A DNA stretch of 64,000 bases from Octopus vulgaris (taxonomy: Eukaryota): the NCBI GenBank assembly GCA_951406725.2, contig OX597818.1:13020001-13084000 (forward strand), written 5' to 3'. The notes beneath the pieces are model-generated. The model was given only the letters and a program-made list of their open reading frames with translations. It made no database searches and was not told where the DNA came from. Positions 40,851-57,649 of the stretch are shown piece by piece. Both the position numbers and the translations under genes were made by a program. The stretch's first letter is position 1, and each line of letters begins with the position of its first letter.

Positions 40851-42503
40851 ATTTTAGATTTCAATTTTAAAATATTTATTTAAGAAATAGATTTTTACCG
40901 ATTGTACTCCCCGCACTACTCTCTCGTGTGCTTTACTACACTCTAATTAATTTTCAACGTTCTAGCTTCTGTTCTTCCTCTCCTTCATTAATAGCCTTTT
41001 GGAAAAGAATTTATGCTACATTTTCAAAATTATTAACGTCCTACCATGGCGTTCATTTACAACACACCTCTCTAGCATCCGTCACCTAACCGTTAACCAA
41101 CAAATTGGCAATGAACTGCTAATTTGCAATCCGATTCTGATGTTTATGTTCTCGTATATTTTTCATTTCTTATTCATTATTTTTTTCTTCACGTCTTTTA
41201 TAAATGTAACCCATCCACACACATATAAACACGTACCAAAATAATCATTCATCGCCCTGTCTGTTTCCCTTTTGTATAGAGTTACTTTTTCCCCACGTAA
41301 TATCTAATGTTTGTACACCCATTAATACAAACATGCAGACACACACACATGTATAACTGTGTATCCGGTTACATGTATATGTATATATGTGTTTGTATGT
41401 GTGTGTGTGTGTAAGTGCGTGCGTGTGTTTGTGTGTGGTTCGTGGCTTGCGCGTATGTGTTTGTGTGTTGGTGTATATATGTGTATGTATGTGCATGTAT
41501 TTGCATATATGTATATACATAGTTCCACATTTTTCTGTTTTTTTCTGCCTTCTTTCACTTTCCTAGACAATGAATAATAATTTACTTTTTGTATATTTAT
41601 GTATTATAACACATACAAACAAGGAACGCATATACACTTTCACACATTGAATACATCTAATGTATGTATATGGAAGGAACGTTTTCTCCTCAAGCTTTCG
41701 TACCTGCTCATTACCACATTTGTAGGTTACTGATTCAGAAATATCGGAACCGATTTTCGTGATTATATTCATGTATTCATTTCAGCCTGGTCTTATTTTA
41801 AAAACAAATGTAGGAAAGTCCGTCTGCATTCATACACTTATGCGTCGGAGTCATTGGATTTTACGCACTTATTGGATAACGTTATAGTTCAAAACCCTTA
41901 ATCAATATGAGATGTAATTGCACGTTGTAATATTTGCGAGAAATGATTATCGATAAATGATTGGTTATTATGCTCTTTAGTAATAAATTTCGATGATCTC
42001 CCACATTCTCTCTTTCTTTCTCTAGTATTCTGCCATTCTATCATAGATATACCTGCTTAATTATGTATTTTAAACTCTATAGATCTAGATATGTTCAATA
42101 CACACTCGGAGTTTTCCATTTAGTATGCGCAATAAAGTGAAACATAAAGTACTCATTTCTTTCACTGGGATACTACGTGTTTAGATATATTTTCCCAATC
42201 GATTGCAACTTATTTATCTCCTGGAGATACAGTGCAGTAATAGACAGGTACGAAAGCGTCCTCATATTCCACATAGTTTGGCTGTTGAGATTTAACTATT
42301 TTCTGACTGGATGAGGAAAAATAAAGAGTTAATCACATTAGTATGTACTTGCAGGATTTTAACACACGTGTGAAGTAATTGACGTTGGGTCATACGCTCT
42401 GATGACGTATACCAAATTTCCGAACCAATTACAGCATTTGATATATCTGTAAAATGGTGAATGTAATGCGAAATATATCAACAGCATAATCTTTGGTAGA
42501 TGT

Positions 42504-42575
<72 letters not shown>

Positions 42576-42961
42576 TACATATGCATATTTATATATAAGC
42601 ATATTTATATATATGCATATTTATATATATATATATATATATAAATAATTTTAAAAAAGTAGGGAATAATAAGTATTCCAGGTTATCAGGATATTTACTA
42701 TTTTACACTTTACTAATGAAAAATAAACAGACCTAATCTTCTTTCTCCACAGACTAATACCAGGTAAGGTATATATTCGTTTCAAACATTTTAGAAATAT
42801 TTTATAAAATTAATTTTATTGTACTTTATAGAAGGTTTTAAAATGCTTATATTAATTCATTATTATATCAGACATAACTTTCTATGTGTATTACAGAAAA
42901 TAAGGTTGTCCTGAAATAGGAGTTGTGGTTCTATTGCTAAATTCACAAATTTGTAATAATA

Positions 42962-43081
<120 letters not shown>

Positions 43082-43097
43082 TATATATTTATATATA

Positions 43098-43407
<310 letters not shown>

Positions 43408-43449
43408 GACATAATAGAAAGTTTGAATAAATTTTGGTAACATTTATTG

Positions 43450-43545
43450 ATCATTACACATGTTTCATTTGCTAACAGGAATTACAAGTTTTACATGCTA
43501 GATAAATATATAAGAAATTTCTTATTAGACTCTCTTCAGAAAGAA
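43450..43545 (-). ncRNA. Hammerhead-like motif with extended stem II
   Basis: CTGAAGA-GAGTCTAATAAGAAATT...AATTCCTGTTAGCAAAT-GAAAC-ATGT-GTA, followed by AATAAA. Confidence 0.5.
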
Positions 43546-45904
43546 GGATTGGGAGTAGTGCGTTAGGTGCATATTTGACTCCTCATTTTCTTTACTGTCT
43601 CATTTGCTCTCTCGTACGTCCCTTTAACTATCTTTACTACTCCTGATTAGTAAATAATTTCGAACATTTCATCCTAATATCATTTTGGCATGATTTGCTT
43701 TTGTCCGTCTGAAAAAATGTACATGTAAGGTATTTCTTACTAATTTATCTGACATGTATAATTTTTCAAGTACTATTATTAAATGAATCATGTTTAATTG
43801 TGAATTGACTATACCCAAGAAATGTCCAACTTCCTGTTTTGTTATGTAATAACTCTGCAAAAATGTATCCATAATTTGCAGTTCTAATATATACCATTCA
43901 TTCGATAAATTTACGTAGATTCAATCATCCTGCACTAGAATGATCACAATAAAATATGTAAAATACTTATAGTGAAAACTTTAACTAAGCGAATTTCTAA
44001 ATTACTGATCTAAGTTGATCAGATGTAATTTCATTCCAAGATTTACATCTTTTATGTATGCTAATGTCATTCTTTTATATTAGTTCATATTCCATTAAGA
44101 TATATATTCATAGAATTGTTGGTAATTAAATCTAATACTACACTTTACTTTTACATATTTGATGTTTTTCTTTGAGCAACATCAACAGATATCATGTATA
44201 AAATGTTCGATACAAATAACATATTTGCTTACTTCACTGGCTCGTATAATTAGGCTATATTGATTACTTGGAAAGAAAGCATTTGGATAGACATCAAGTG
44301 ATTACACAAATTCTGCTCTGTTGAAAATCTAGAACTTAATCCTTCAGGGATAACAGAAACAACAGTAACACTAGATACATAACACTAAAAGCAAAAGCAA
44401 CCATATCGACGACGACGACGACGGCGACGAAAACAATAACAATGACTTTCTGAACGAGTATAATGGTCATGATGGTGAAAGGAGTAGGATATTGATACGA
44501 TGTTAACGATGACGTAATTGTTCATCAACATAGGGTGATGTGAATAATAAAGACGACAATAATGTATTTGTAAAGCGAAATATTAAAAAAAGCGAGCATA
44601 GATTTGGTACGCATGCTTGATATTAAGCCTGATATTCAGCTTAATATTAAACTGGCGAACATGAAACAAGATAAAAGAACCTTCGATAATACATCGGGAT
44701 AAACATACGGATAATTTACAAAGTATCCGTTTGTATAATTAATATAGAACTTGCGATACATTTCTACATCTACAGTGATATCAAGCAGAGTGCGGGTTTA
44801 CAAAATTCTGGCAAAAGAACCCTAGTGAAAAAGTAATACATGAACAAATAGTATATTATTTTTGTAGTTGAAACACTAATAATTTTAAAAATTAAACTCC
44901 TCGAAATATATACAGGAAAGATAATATCAAATAGAAATAATGGCGTATAAAGAACTGATTTAAAATAACTCGTGTTATCGAGTACAGGAAGTACGGTTGA
45001 AGGTTAAGGCATGAAGTGAATTCAGTTTGATTATGCGAATGATTAATAGAAGCAAGTAGAAAATAAAGCTTTTTCAGGTGTGAAGTGTGAGAAGAGTAAC
45101 ACCAGTTTATGTGCTGGTGGTATGAACGGTTCAAAGTAGATTACTAAAATTTGGCAAACAAACTCAATTGTGAACCAAATGAAAATAATTTTGACTAAAT
45201 AAAATCCAAACGATAACGTGACGGAAAGTCATCAGCATTAAGTAAAATGTCTATCGATTTGGTCTAAGAAATTAGCTTCATAATGGAATTGATTAAATAT
45301 TAAATGAAGCCTTGGAGTCAGGAATGAGTCTGATCACTGATAAATACGACAATAGCTTCAAGCCTGATTTTGTCTGAGAATACTTTATTTGCCAGTAAAG
45401 TGTACAGGAGATATAATTCATTCATTAGAATATGGAAACTAATACTAATGGACAATTTTCAAGTGGCGATTTCCATAATGAATTGGTTTCCAAGAAAGAC
45501 TTAGAGTGAATTAGCTTAATGCAAAGAATAGAAGGGAGATTAGTTGGCATATAAATTTAATGAATTTACATGTGCATGGTTCAACGGTATTGCTTATAGA
45601 TGTTGGAAAACTGAAAACTTGGTAAAAGAGTGAGCATTTACTAAAATTTTGTTGCTGAAATCTGTAATTGCTCACAGTGGACATGACGCTAAATGGGGTA
45701 GTTCAAAGTGTGTTTTGATTTCAATAATGAGCACTCGAGAGAATATAACGAATTTTATATCTTTATATATATATCGATATATGTCTGTCTGTCTGACACT
45801 CTGTCTCTCTGTCACTCTGAGTGTATATCTATCTATCTATATATGTATGTATGCATGTATCAATCTATAAATCGTATATACTTATATATGGATATATCTA
45901 TCTT

Positions 45905-46617
<713 letters not shown>

Positions 46618-46636
46618 TCATGACCATTATATTATT

Positions 46637-47402
<766 letters not shown>

Positions 47403-48418
47403 TTAAAATTTTCTTATATATTTTAACATCTCTCCTCCGTTTTTATAAACATTTTTGAGCTTTATGGGATTTCTTTCCAGAAATTCACAACACACAATAT
47501 ACAAGAATTATTTTTATATTCGCAATTTTCCGCCAGTAAGCTACCAGCAAAATATGAAAAATCTATATTAGAAATCGTTTTTGGAAACCTCCAAATTAAA
47601 GAAAGAATCTAATTCAACCTTTTTACACCACCACCCATTTGTATAAGGTTTGTTGTATTAAATATGGTTAGTACAAAAGTATTAAAATTCAATTATACAG
47701 TCTTTGATCACAAGAAGAAAGTGGTAAAAACAGTTTACATGAAAGTATTCAAGTATTCAAGGAAACACACTAAATATTTTGAGTTCAATAAAACTCATAT
47801 TTGTGTGGTACTGTATTTATATGCAGAAGGAGATATTTTTAAGAATTTACAAAAAATTGAAGTGGAATAACTGACCTGTCTGTCTGTCATTTTCTATCTT
47901 GTGTGTAGCTAAGGGAATGTTTGATTTTTAAGGAATAGTGTGGAGGTTGTTTGGGTGGGGAAGCTATGTAATTGCCTTATTTTCTCTATAATCAACTTCT
48001 TCATTTTCCCTGACACAGCTCTTCCGCACCACTTCTTCAACACCACAAACCACAGTCTCATTGTACTTCACACCAACTCTAATCACAAATATCACACCTG
48101 CCTAATTCGTCACCTTAACATAGAAAAAATGAAGCTTACTAAAAACAGTAATTTTACACTGACCACTCGTGGATAACCACAAACATCAACATAATGGTGA
48201 AATGGAAGATGTGAAAAGAACAAGGGAGAAAGATCAATGAAATTTAAATGTATGAACAACAGCTGAATCATCATAAATTTAGAAGCTACTCCGAAAACAG
48301 ACAGCGCATAATGTGTATCGCATAACTTTCATCGATGAACAAAATTGATAGCGCATGAAAGATATTCAGTTTAATTTATAAAGACCACATATACAATTAT
48401 CATATATATCATTGTATG

Positions 48419-48483
<65 letters not shown>

Positions 48484-48643
48484 TTGTGTGTGGCTACATC
48501 GGTAATCACAAATATTTATGTTTAAAGAGGACAGGATGTAGTGTTAAATTCATATATTTATCATCAATTTCATGAACACGCATCGATACAGGCGACTGCA
48601 TTGCTGAACTCAATCTTTTTATGCGATTGCGCGCAAACACACA

Positions 48644-48691
<48 letters not shown>

Positions 48692-48949
48692 GTAAAGAAA
48701 TAGGTAGAGGGAGCGTTGCGCTACATCAATATTTTAAGAGTTGAACAGAGAGAACAGAAAAAAGCGAGATATTTGATGAAAACATAAACGGAAAATTCAG
48801 GAAATCATGACAATCGGTAGATTAAACAAAATACAATACACGGAAAATTCGCACCTGATTTCTCATTAGCCAATGTTCACGATATCCTAGAGGTTTCAAG
48901 CTTTAAACATTGATACCACTCAGTTTTGGCAATGCCAGGGCAGGATGCT

Positions 48950-49803
48950 TCAGGGAATATCTAACATATGTATACACAAGGTCCAAAACAAACGAGGCAA
49001 GCTAAAATAATGTACGCATAAAACAAGGATTTAAAAGAATAATAAGACATACACAGCAGAAAGAGGCTTTTTAGATATAGAACAGAAAAGCCCTTGCAAT
49101 ATTATACATACATACATACATACATACGTACACACACACGCACAGTGCTCTTTCCTGCAAGTTCTCCACCCTTATTTCAGCGCCTATTTTTTCCACGTGC
49201 TTCTCGAGATTTTTGCTCACTGTTCCCACGGCTCCGACAATTATTAGTATTACTACTACCTTTTTCATCGACCACAACTGATTAACCACACAAGATAACC
49301 TGTCATATCTATCGACATTTCTTTCTTCCTCATCACATACCTTGTTGTCAGCTGGGCATGCTATATTTAGGATGCAGTATAGTTTGTTTTCTTTCTCAAT
49401 TAAGACTATGTCTGGCTTCCTATTATGTGGTCGCACTAAATCATAAAATCCCACAGAATTTTTGCAGTTTTCGATGATGCCTTGAGGTTTGTGGTCGCAT
49501 CAATTTTTTGCTGTATTGTCGTGACGTTTCTTATATTCCTTCTGGGCAAGTGGCGTACATTGGCTGGTAATATGCCAGAGGTTTCACTATTTTGTCCACA
49601 GATTCTGAACTTATCACTTTCTGATGTGTTGTCTATTCTGTAGTCTATGTAGTTTCTTCTTAGTTCTTGCTCTTGGGCAGCAAAGATTCGAGCCTCTGTT
49701 TCCAGTTTGAAATCACTTTGAGTCTGTCGTATCTTCAACATCCCTATGAAATTGCCCATGCATTATTTTCTTTACCCACCTATTTTAAGTTTCATTCGTT
49801 TTC
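48950..49803 (-). mobile_element. R4/Dong-clade non-LTR retrotransposon 3' fragment (older)
   Basis: FKLETEARIFAAQEQ, RICGQNSET, LWDF, RKPDIVLIEK..NIACP, VIL IIVGAVG (RLE domain). Confidence 0.85.
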
Positions 49804-49804
49804 T

Positions 49805-49869
<65 letters not shown>

Positions 49870-49885
49870 TATTATTATTATTATT

Positions 49886-51547
49886 CTATGTTTGACTTTT
49901 GCTTTATGTCTGTACAAGTTGGCTCCAAGTCTCACCCAGAGACCTCAAGAGACAACAGGTTGGAAGTTCACGTTGTTGTTATGCCTAGTGTGCCATATAT
50001 ATATTTTTTTTTGGTGTTGTACTAGTGAATGTCTAATACATAAATTTTAAAAAAAATTGTTTTAAAACTTGGGATTACATAGAGAGTATTTTGCGTAGGC
50101 TATGAGCAGTTCCCATGAGCACTATCTGCCATTTTGGGGTTTCCTGGTATCTGAGTTAGGTAGCAATCAGCCCCTTTCGCTATCATTCCCAGGGCACCTA
50201 TGACAACAGGTATTGTTTTAGTCTTCAGGTTCCACATTTTGCTGATTTCTATTTCAAGATCTTAATATTTGCTCAGTTTTTGGTAGGTCTTCACAGATAC
50301 GTTTATATCGATTGGGACAGTCATATCAATGAGGAGGCTTGTTTTTTTGTCTGAAGTCTTTCAATATGATGTCTGGCCTATTTGCATCTATCTTTCTGTC
50401 AGTTTGAATGGTGAAGTTCCAGAGGAGTGAGATGTCGTCATTTTCAAGCACTGGAGGTGGATTGTGTTCCCACCAGTTTTTTTTTCATAGGGTAAATCCA
50501 GGTTTTTGCGAATTACCCAGTGAATATATTGTGCAGCTCTATCATGCCTGTTGAGGTACTCTGTAGGCGCTAGAAGACTGCATTTGGAGACAACATGATC
50601 AATGGTTTCCTTTTGTTGTCGGCATACACGACATGTTGGGCTACTGCCGTTCTTTAATATGTTGGTCTGGTAGTTTCTTGTTGGTAGGCATTTATTTTGA
50701 GCCGCTATGATAAACCCTTCTGTTTCAGATTTTAAGCCAGAGGCCAGTAGCCATTGATGGGTCAGGGCTTTGTCAATATCTGCATTATTCGCTCTCTTTA
50801 TGTATTTGCCATAGAGAGGTTTTTCTTGCCATTTATTTGTCTGATTTGTTACTGAGTATGATGTTTTCTTGTTTTCATGTGTTGAGACAAGTTTTAACAT
50901 CCAGTCCTCAGACATTTTCAGGTAGGTGTCTAGGCCAATTGTAGCAATCTTCATTGCTATTGCCAGTTGCTAAAGACCACGGCCTCCCTCTTTTCTTGGC
51001 AGATAAAGTCATTCTGTATCTGCCTTAGGGTGGTGCATTCTATGCATTGTCAACAGTTTTCTTATTTTTCTGTCGAGCTGACTTATTTCAATAATTGACC
51101 AGTTAACGATATTGAAACTGTAAGTCACGACTGGTATGGCTAATGCATTGATCGCTTCGATCCTGTTTCTTGCATTCAGCTCTGTCTTGAGTATTGCTCT
51201 CACTCTTCGATAGCATTCTCTACTGATCCTTTCCTTCATCTCTGAATGCCTTATTCCGTTCCCTTCAATTACCCCTAGGTACATGTAGCTCTCCGCTGGG
51301 TCTAGTTCTTTTATGACATTCTGCTGGTCAAGGTTAACGTTAGATGTTTCTGTCATTTTTCCTTTGATAAAGGTAGCTTTTGCACATTTATCGAGGCCGA
51401 ATTGCATTCTGATGTCGTCACTGAATTGTTTGACTATCGCTAGTAAGCCCTTGAGTTGTTGGTCATTTTTTGCAAAAGCTTTAAATCATCTATGTAAATG
51501 AGATGATTTATATTTTTATCAAACATTTTATACCCGTACTGCGCGTC
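49886..51547 (-). mobile_element. R4/Dong-clade non-LTR retrotransposon, 5'-truncated within RT, flanked by (ATC)n/(ATT)n
   Basis: IYIDDLK, MQFGLDKCA, YMYLGV, HHPKADTE, GLKSETEGFIIAAQ, CRVC..ETIDHVVSKC, RHD, NRPDII, IDMTVP, PVVIGALG. Confidence 0.93.
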
Positions 51548-51852
<305 letters not shown>

Positions 51853-51863
51853 CTTTATTATAA

Positions 51864-52075
51864 AGGCGGTGAGCTGCAGAATCGTAGCTCGCTGGGCGAA
51901 ATGCTTAGTAGTATTTCGTCTCTCTCTACGTTCTGAGTTCAAATTCCACCGAGGTCGTCTTTGCTTTTCATCCTCTCCGGGCAATAACTGTAGCATTAGT
52001 GAAACACTGGATTCGATCTAATCGACTGGTTTCCTCCAATGAAATTTCAGGCCTTGTGTCAATAATTGAAAGGAT
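51864..52075 (+). mobile_element. SINE family A within (ATT)n
   Basis: ggcggtgagctgcagaatcgtagc...gagttcaaattcc. Confidence 0.85.
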
Positions 52076-52179
52076 TATTATTATAATTATAATTATTATT
52101 ATTATTATTATTATTATTACTTACTTACTTACTTACTTACTTACTTTTAAACTACGTGTTTGTTGAAATCATTTGCCGA

Positions 52180-53045
52180 GACATACACAGCGTACTAGGG
52201 CGAGGGAAGAATAAGAGATGTTACACTATGGCTGAAAACTTGGGGGTGGCGAAGTAGCGAAATATCTCCATGTAATATAACACACACATTTTAATGGATA
52301 GGGTTTTTCTAAGCATATGGCCAGTTGCTTGTCCGAGGTGCCTGCAAAGTGACGTAACTCTTCTACATGCCCTTGTTCAGCGTCCGTCATTGCTGACGTA
52401 TGGGGTTATGTCGAACATCAGCTGTCACATGTGGGACGGATCCGTCTGTCTGCCGAATCTCTAGTGGTCTTCGCAACGCTGCTCTCCTTCAATCCGGTAG
52501 GCAAAGCAGTTTTTCTTTGCCTGGAGGCTGTGGAGAAAGGACTTGTTTGGTGGACAAGGCTGAAAGGCATCACGGCAGATACATTGCTCTTTGGTTGAGT
52601 TCTGATTGAGTTCTTCAAGTTTCACCTGAAAAAGAAATTGCAAATGGAGAGGGAAATGCAGCCCTCGCGTGAGTTTATTGAAAGGTGGGTGAAAGTTGCG
52701 AAAATGGCAAGAGTGGATGGTAGCCCTCTAAGTGTAGACATGCGGATTCGTCGGAGAGAATGAATTGGAGAGGGCACTTGCTCCTGGGGGTTCAGGGAAA
52801 TTTCAGACAGTGGGGTTCCTAGATTATTTCTATAGGCCATCCTTTACCAGGAGGGCCACATCTCTATCATCCTCCCTACCACTTATATTTTCAAATTGTG
52901 TATACTATGCATATGAACCTTCTTTATCAGTATATACCACGTATACTTTCTTTCATTTTGTTATCATTTCATTATATGTAAACCCACACATTCTATATCT
53001 GTATTTGTACTGTCCTCCTCATCTTTCGCACATGTGGCAAATAGA
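52180..53045 (+). mobile_element. Tx1/L1-clade non-LTR 3' fragment
   Basis: CPRCLQSD..LHALVQ (CCHC), GKAVFLCL, VWWTRLKG, FFKFHLKKKL..ERE..RWVKVAKM. Confidence 0.8.
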
Positions 53046-53117
53046 TGAGATCATCATCATCATCATCATCCTCATCATCATCATCATCATCACCGTCGTC
53101 ATCATCAACATCATCAA

Positions 53118-53156
<39 letters not shown>

Positions 53157-53167
53157 TATTATTATTA

Positions 53168-53545
53168 TCTGTTTGCTTTGCATTTGTACAAGTTGACTCC
53201 AAGTCTCACCTCGAGACATTAAGAGACAACAAGTTAGAAGTTCAGGCTGGTGTTATGACTAGTGTGCTCTATATCTGGTTTTGCACATAGTATTGTCTTA
53301 GAAAATGTCTGTCAAAACATAAGTGAATTAGAGGTTTGTTTTAAAATATTATAATACGATAGTCTGATGTTAAAATGCTAGTAAAAGTATTTTGACACTA
53401 TTTACGGACTAAAATGCTCTGGGGATTACATAGACAATATAATACGTAGGATATGGGCAATTCCCATGAGCACTTTTTAAAAAATGTCTTCCATTTGGGG
53501 ATTTCCTGGTATCTGAGCTAGGTAGCAAACAGCCCGTTGTTATTA
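53168..53545 (-). mobile_element. 3' end of the same R4/Dong family as 49886
   Basis: tgtacaagttgactccaagtctcacc..gagac..aagagacaac and ttcccatgagcact...cctggtatctgag.taggtagcaa shared with 49886-50190. Confidence 0.85.
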
Positions 53546-53574
53546 TTCAGGCCAGGGCCTATATATATTTTCCA

Positions 53575-54298
53575 CAAATCTCGGGCCTGGCAGCGTTACC
53601 GAGCTCTAGAGGCACGGAAGTGCTGTCAGACGTACTTGTCCGAGGTGTGCGCAGTGCGATGAAACCGTCCTGCATGATTCAATGACCGTGCATCACTACC
53701 TGTAGAGCTTTGTCGAACAGCTGTTGCTAGGTGTATGACGTATCTGATTATCAGCCGAATCCATTGTGAAGATCGCCCCGCCGCCTTCTTTTCGGTGGGA
53801 GAGAAAGGCAGTTTTCCTCAGCCTCGTGGCTATTGCGAAAGAGGTAGTATGGTGGACGAGGCTGAAAGGACTAAAGACAGACACTTTCCCCTTCGGCCGA
53901 CCGTTCATCGACGTCTTCAAGTCCCACTTGAAGAGGAAAGTGAGGATAGAGAGGGAAGTGCTGCCCCTCAGTAATTTTGTTGAAAGGTTGGTGAATAGCG
54001 CGAAAATGGCTTATGTGAATGGGCCTACTTTGAATATTCGTCTGTAAGCCGCAGCAATTGAGGAGAAGAGGGTACATACTTGACGTAACATTGGCAGTCA
54101 GTGTGAGCCAGATGTGTGGGATGCCTTGGTTGGTCTTGGGAGGAACTCCCCGCCGTTGGTGAATTATGTTGTTTACATTTTTAACTGTTTTGGTTTTTTC
54201 ATTGTCTACACGTTTTCTGTTTTAAACCCCACTTGTCCCTTGTTTAGTTTTGTCTCTATATATTTTTGCGTCCAGCTCTCTTGGCCAACAAAGAAAGG
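53575..54298 (+). mobile_element. Second Tx1/L1-clade 3' fragment
   Basis: TCPRCAQCDETVLH, KAVFLSLVAIAKEVVWWTRLKG, FKSHLKRKVRIERE; ends in (ATT)n. Confidence 0.82.
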
Positions 54299-54325
54299 AT
54301 TATTATTATTATTATTATTATTGTT

Positions 54326-54433
<108 letters not shown>

Positions 54434-54434
54434 A

Positions 54435-54497
<63 letters not shown>

Positions 54498-55857
54498 GTT
54501 GTTGTTGTTGTTGTTATTATTAGTCTCAGTCTTTTATCATTTCTACCAGCATCTCCTATACCTGTATCCCTATTATTTCTCTCATTTTTATTGGTCTTAT
54601 TAACATATTTATCACCGTCTTGTTTATTGCGAGCCCCAGTACACTTACTGTTATCAGTATCGTTATGATTACAGTTAACATGTCCGTAGCATTGCTAAAA
54701 TTTATTATTATAGATATTACTATTGTTATTTTTTACGTTATTATTCTCATTACTATTATTATTGTTATTGTTACTAATATAATTATTAGTAAAGTTTTAA
54801 AGATAATTATATTAGTAGTAATAATAGTTTAAGACAACTTTATTGCAGTCGTTATCCTTAAAATAATTCCTTTTCATTACATATTTCTCATAATTTATAT
54901 CACCACCATTACCATTGCTACCATAAATACATTGTAAGAAATACTTTTATTTTGGTCAAGGAGAAAAATGAAGCGATTAGGAAAAGCTAAGTAGTTTGCA
55001 GCACAATAGCTAACACAACATTCTTTTAATACGTATTGTGCTATGTTTGCCTGAAGTTGATAGTGAATTGAAATGCTGTATTAGAAGTAGAATGTTTGTG
55101 TAATTGCCAATTCATAGACATTCATATAAAGCTGAAAACTTTCAGATGATGAAAACACAGAGAACGTGTAATAAAAGGGAAATTAACGAACTTGAAGATA
55201 CTTGCGCGCGAAAAAGAAAAGATTCATGCACAAGTCTAAATGAAGAAAACGTAGTTGCCCAATAAAGATAGTTTTCGTTAAATAATACTGTTGAATCAGC
55301 TCTCAGAATTTCGAAGTTTCACTGAGGATTACGTAAGACCTGCTATTACAAATCATTACATTGTCTGTTTTCTAAAAGCGGAGGTATTTCAGATGCAAGG
55401 CAATGTTACACGTAAATTAAGCATGTGGTGGTAAACAGTCTTATAACCTACGTATATTTCTTTGGAAGCCTTTTACTTTACAAGTACGTCAGTTAGCTCG
55501 AGCAGCAAATGTTCGACATACATTATTTAAATTATTATATATCATAAAGAGTTTAGCTCATATTAAGAATGTTTCATAGTAAGCTACAAGTGAGATATTT
55601 ATGAAGTGTTCACAGTCACTATTTTAAAAACGTAATGTATAGAAATGTGATAATTGAGTATTAAACATTTATACATTATAAATGCTTCTGATTCATCTGC
55701 CTCTCTTTTGGATCTTGTTCCCAGTATTTCTATATTATTGGATTTCTCATCTTTATCATCCTCCCTTACATACATACATACGTACGTACATAATGCATAC
55801 ATACATACCACACACACACATATATATGTATATATATATGTATAAACATACATATAC

Positions 55858-55913
<56 letters not shown>

Positions 55914-56752
55914 GTATGTATATCTACATGCGTACATGTTTATGTGTGCAATTATATTTTATTCATATATTTTTAGGAATAAAAACATCGATTCACCGTC
56001 GCCTGTCTCAGACGACCTCTTAGAAATTATAATTAGTACCACTCTCACAAGATTTAATAAGTTAAAATATCATTCTCATGTATCATACTTATGTTATACA
56101 CTTACATAAACAAAAATAACACCTGCTACACTATCTTAGCACCGCATTTACTTCACTATTTTCTTAATGCTTTTACACGAGTACCCGCTCTCCCGAGATT
56201 CGTGCTTTCACAAAACCTACCAAACGCTTACAATTACACCAACAATGCTACTAAGCAGCGCAAACATACTTGCAATGTGGCACGTTTCATATACATAGTC
56301 GACACTAACACATACGCAGCACACATGACATTTGTCCACTTTCACAGAGTACATGTGGGAAAAATACCTTTAATTGAACATATACACACCTGCTTCTCAC
56401 TCATATAATAATTCTAGTTACCATTCCCTTTATGTTCGTTTTCTTTCGATGTCAGAAACTCATGAACTACTGATACAGCTTTATGGCAATACCGTTTTTA
56501 ACAAGTATTTTCTTCGTCTAGCGTATGTCAGGTTGTTCATTATATGATGTGCACTTATGCGTATATACTTACACAGGTACACACACGTACATACATATAT
56601 ATTTATGTATACAGCGGTGGTGTGTGTAGACAAAAGGTTGGGGAACAATCTTCTTAACCACACAGAAAGGCTTGGGCCTACACCATTCAGAAGTCCCCCA
56701 CACACGTACTTTCTTATATATATATATATATGTGTGTTGTGTGTGTCTGTGT

Positions 56753-57060
56753 GTGGAGGCGCAATGTCCTAGTGGTTAGGGCAGCGAACTCGCGATCGCA
56801 GGATCGCGGTTTCGATTCCCAGACCGGGCGTTGTGAGTGTTTATTGAGCGAAAACACCTAAAAGCTCCACGAGGCTCCGGCAGAGGGTGGTGATCCCTGC
56901 TGTACTCTTTCACCACTCTTTCTCCCACTCTTTCTTCTGTTGGCCTGCTCGCATAGCCAGCGGGGTGGCGTCATTCGAAGGCTAAAACAATGCGAACGCA
57001 TTGTGACCAGCGATGTGTAACAACATCTGATGGTGTGGTCGGTCTCGTGATTACGTGATA
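56753..57060 (+). mobile_element. tRNA-derived SINE family C (tail 1)
   Basis: GGAGGCGCAATGTCCTAGTGGTTAGG (A-box) ... GGTTTCGATTCCC (B-box). Confidence 0.85.
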
Positions 57061-57327
57061 TATATCTGTGTGTTTTGTATGCCTGTGTGTGCATGTGTGT
57101 GACTCCCTGCGCCTGTGGGAGAATGAAGTGAAGATATATTGATAAATAGATATTATGATGCATAAATTTGAGTATAGAAAATGATTGACTCTAGATGATT
57201 AAGTATAATCAAATGTTCATGGTACAGCTCACAATAAGTATTGTTATTATTTGGAGCGGAGAGTATCTCTGCCAATAGTGAGGTGTTAAAAAGTGGTGAA
57301 AATACATCTTGCATATTATCGGTCTTG

Positions 57328-57560
57328 GTGGAGCTGGCAGAAACGTTAGCACACCGGGCGAAATGCTTAGCGGTATTTCGTCTGCGTTACGTTGTGAGTT
57401 CAAATTCCGCCGAGGTCGACTTTGCCTCTCATCCTTTCGGGGTCGATAAATTAAGTACCAGTTACGTACTGGGGTCTATGTAATCGACTTAATACCTATG
57501 TATGTCCTTGTTTGTCCCCTCTATGTTTAGCCCCTTGTGGGTAATAAAGAAATAGGTATT
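57328..57560 (+). mobile_element. SINE family A, well conserved
   Basis: A-box TGGCAGAAACGTTAG, B-box GAGTTCAAATTCC, Deu/Nin-like core. Confidence 0.9.
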
Positions 57561-57649
57561 TGACTAGCAAATATTGTGCCGGGGATGAATGAAAACATAT
57601 CTTTATTTTTTCAGAAATATATTAAATCAATTAGGAAACCTGATTAATT

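Noticed and set aside
41563-41772. Minus-strand coding exon with CAG|GTACGA donor
   Set aside because: No recognisable protein motif or clear acceptor
42399-42430. CTGATGA hammerhead core
   Set aside because: No stem II or GAAA follows
56753-56830. tRNA gene
   Set aside because: No proper acceptor stem; it continues into a SINE body and has a second copy
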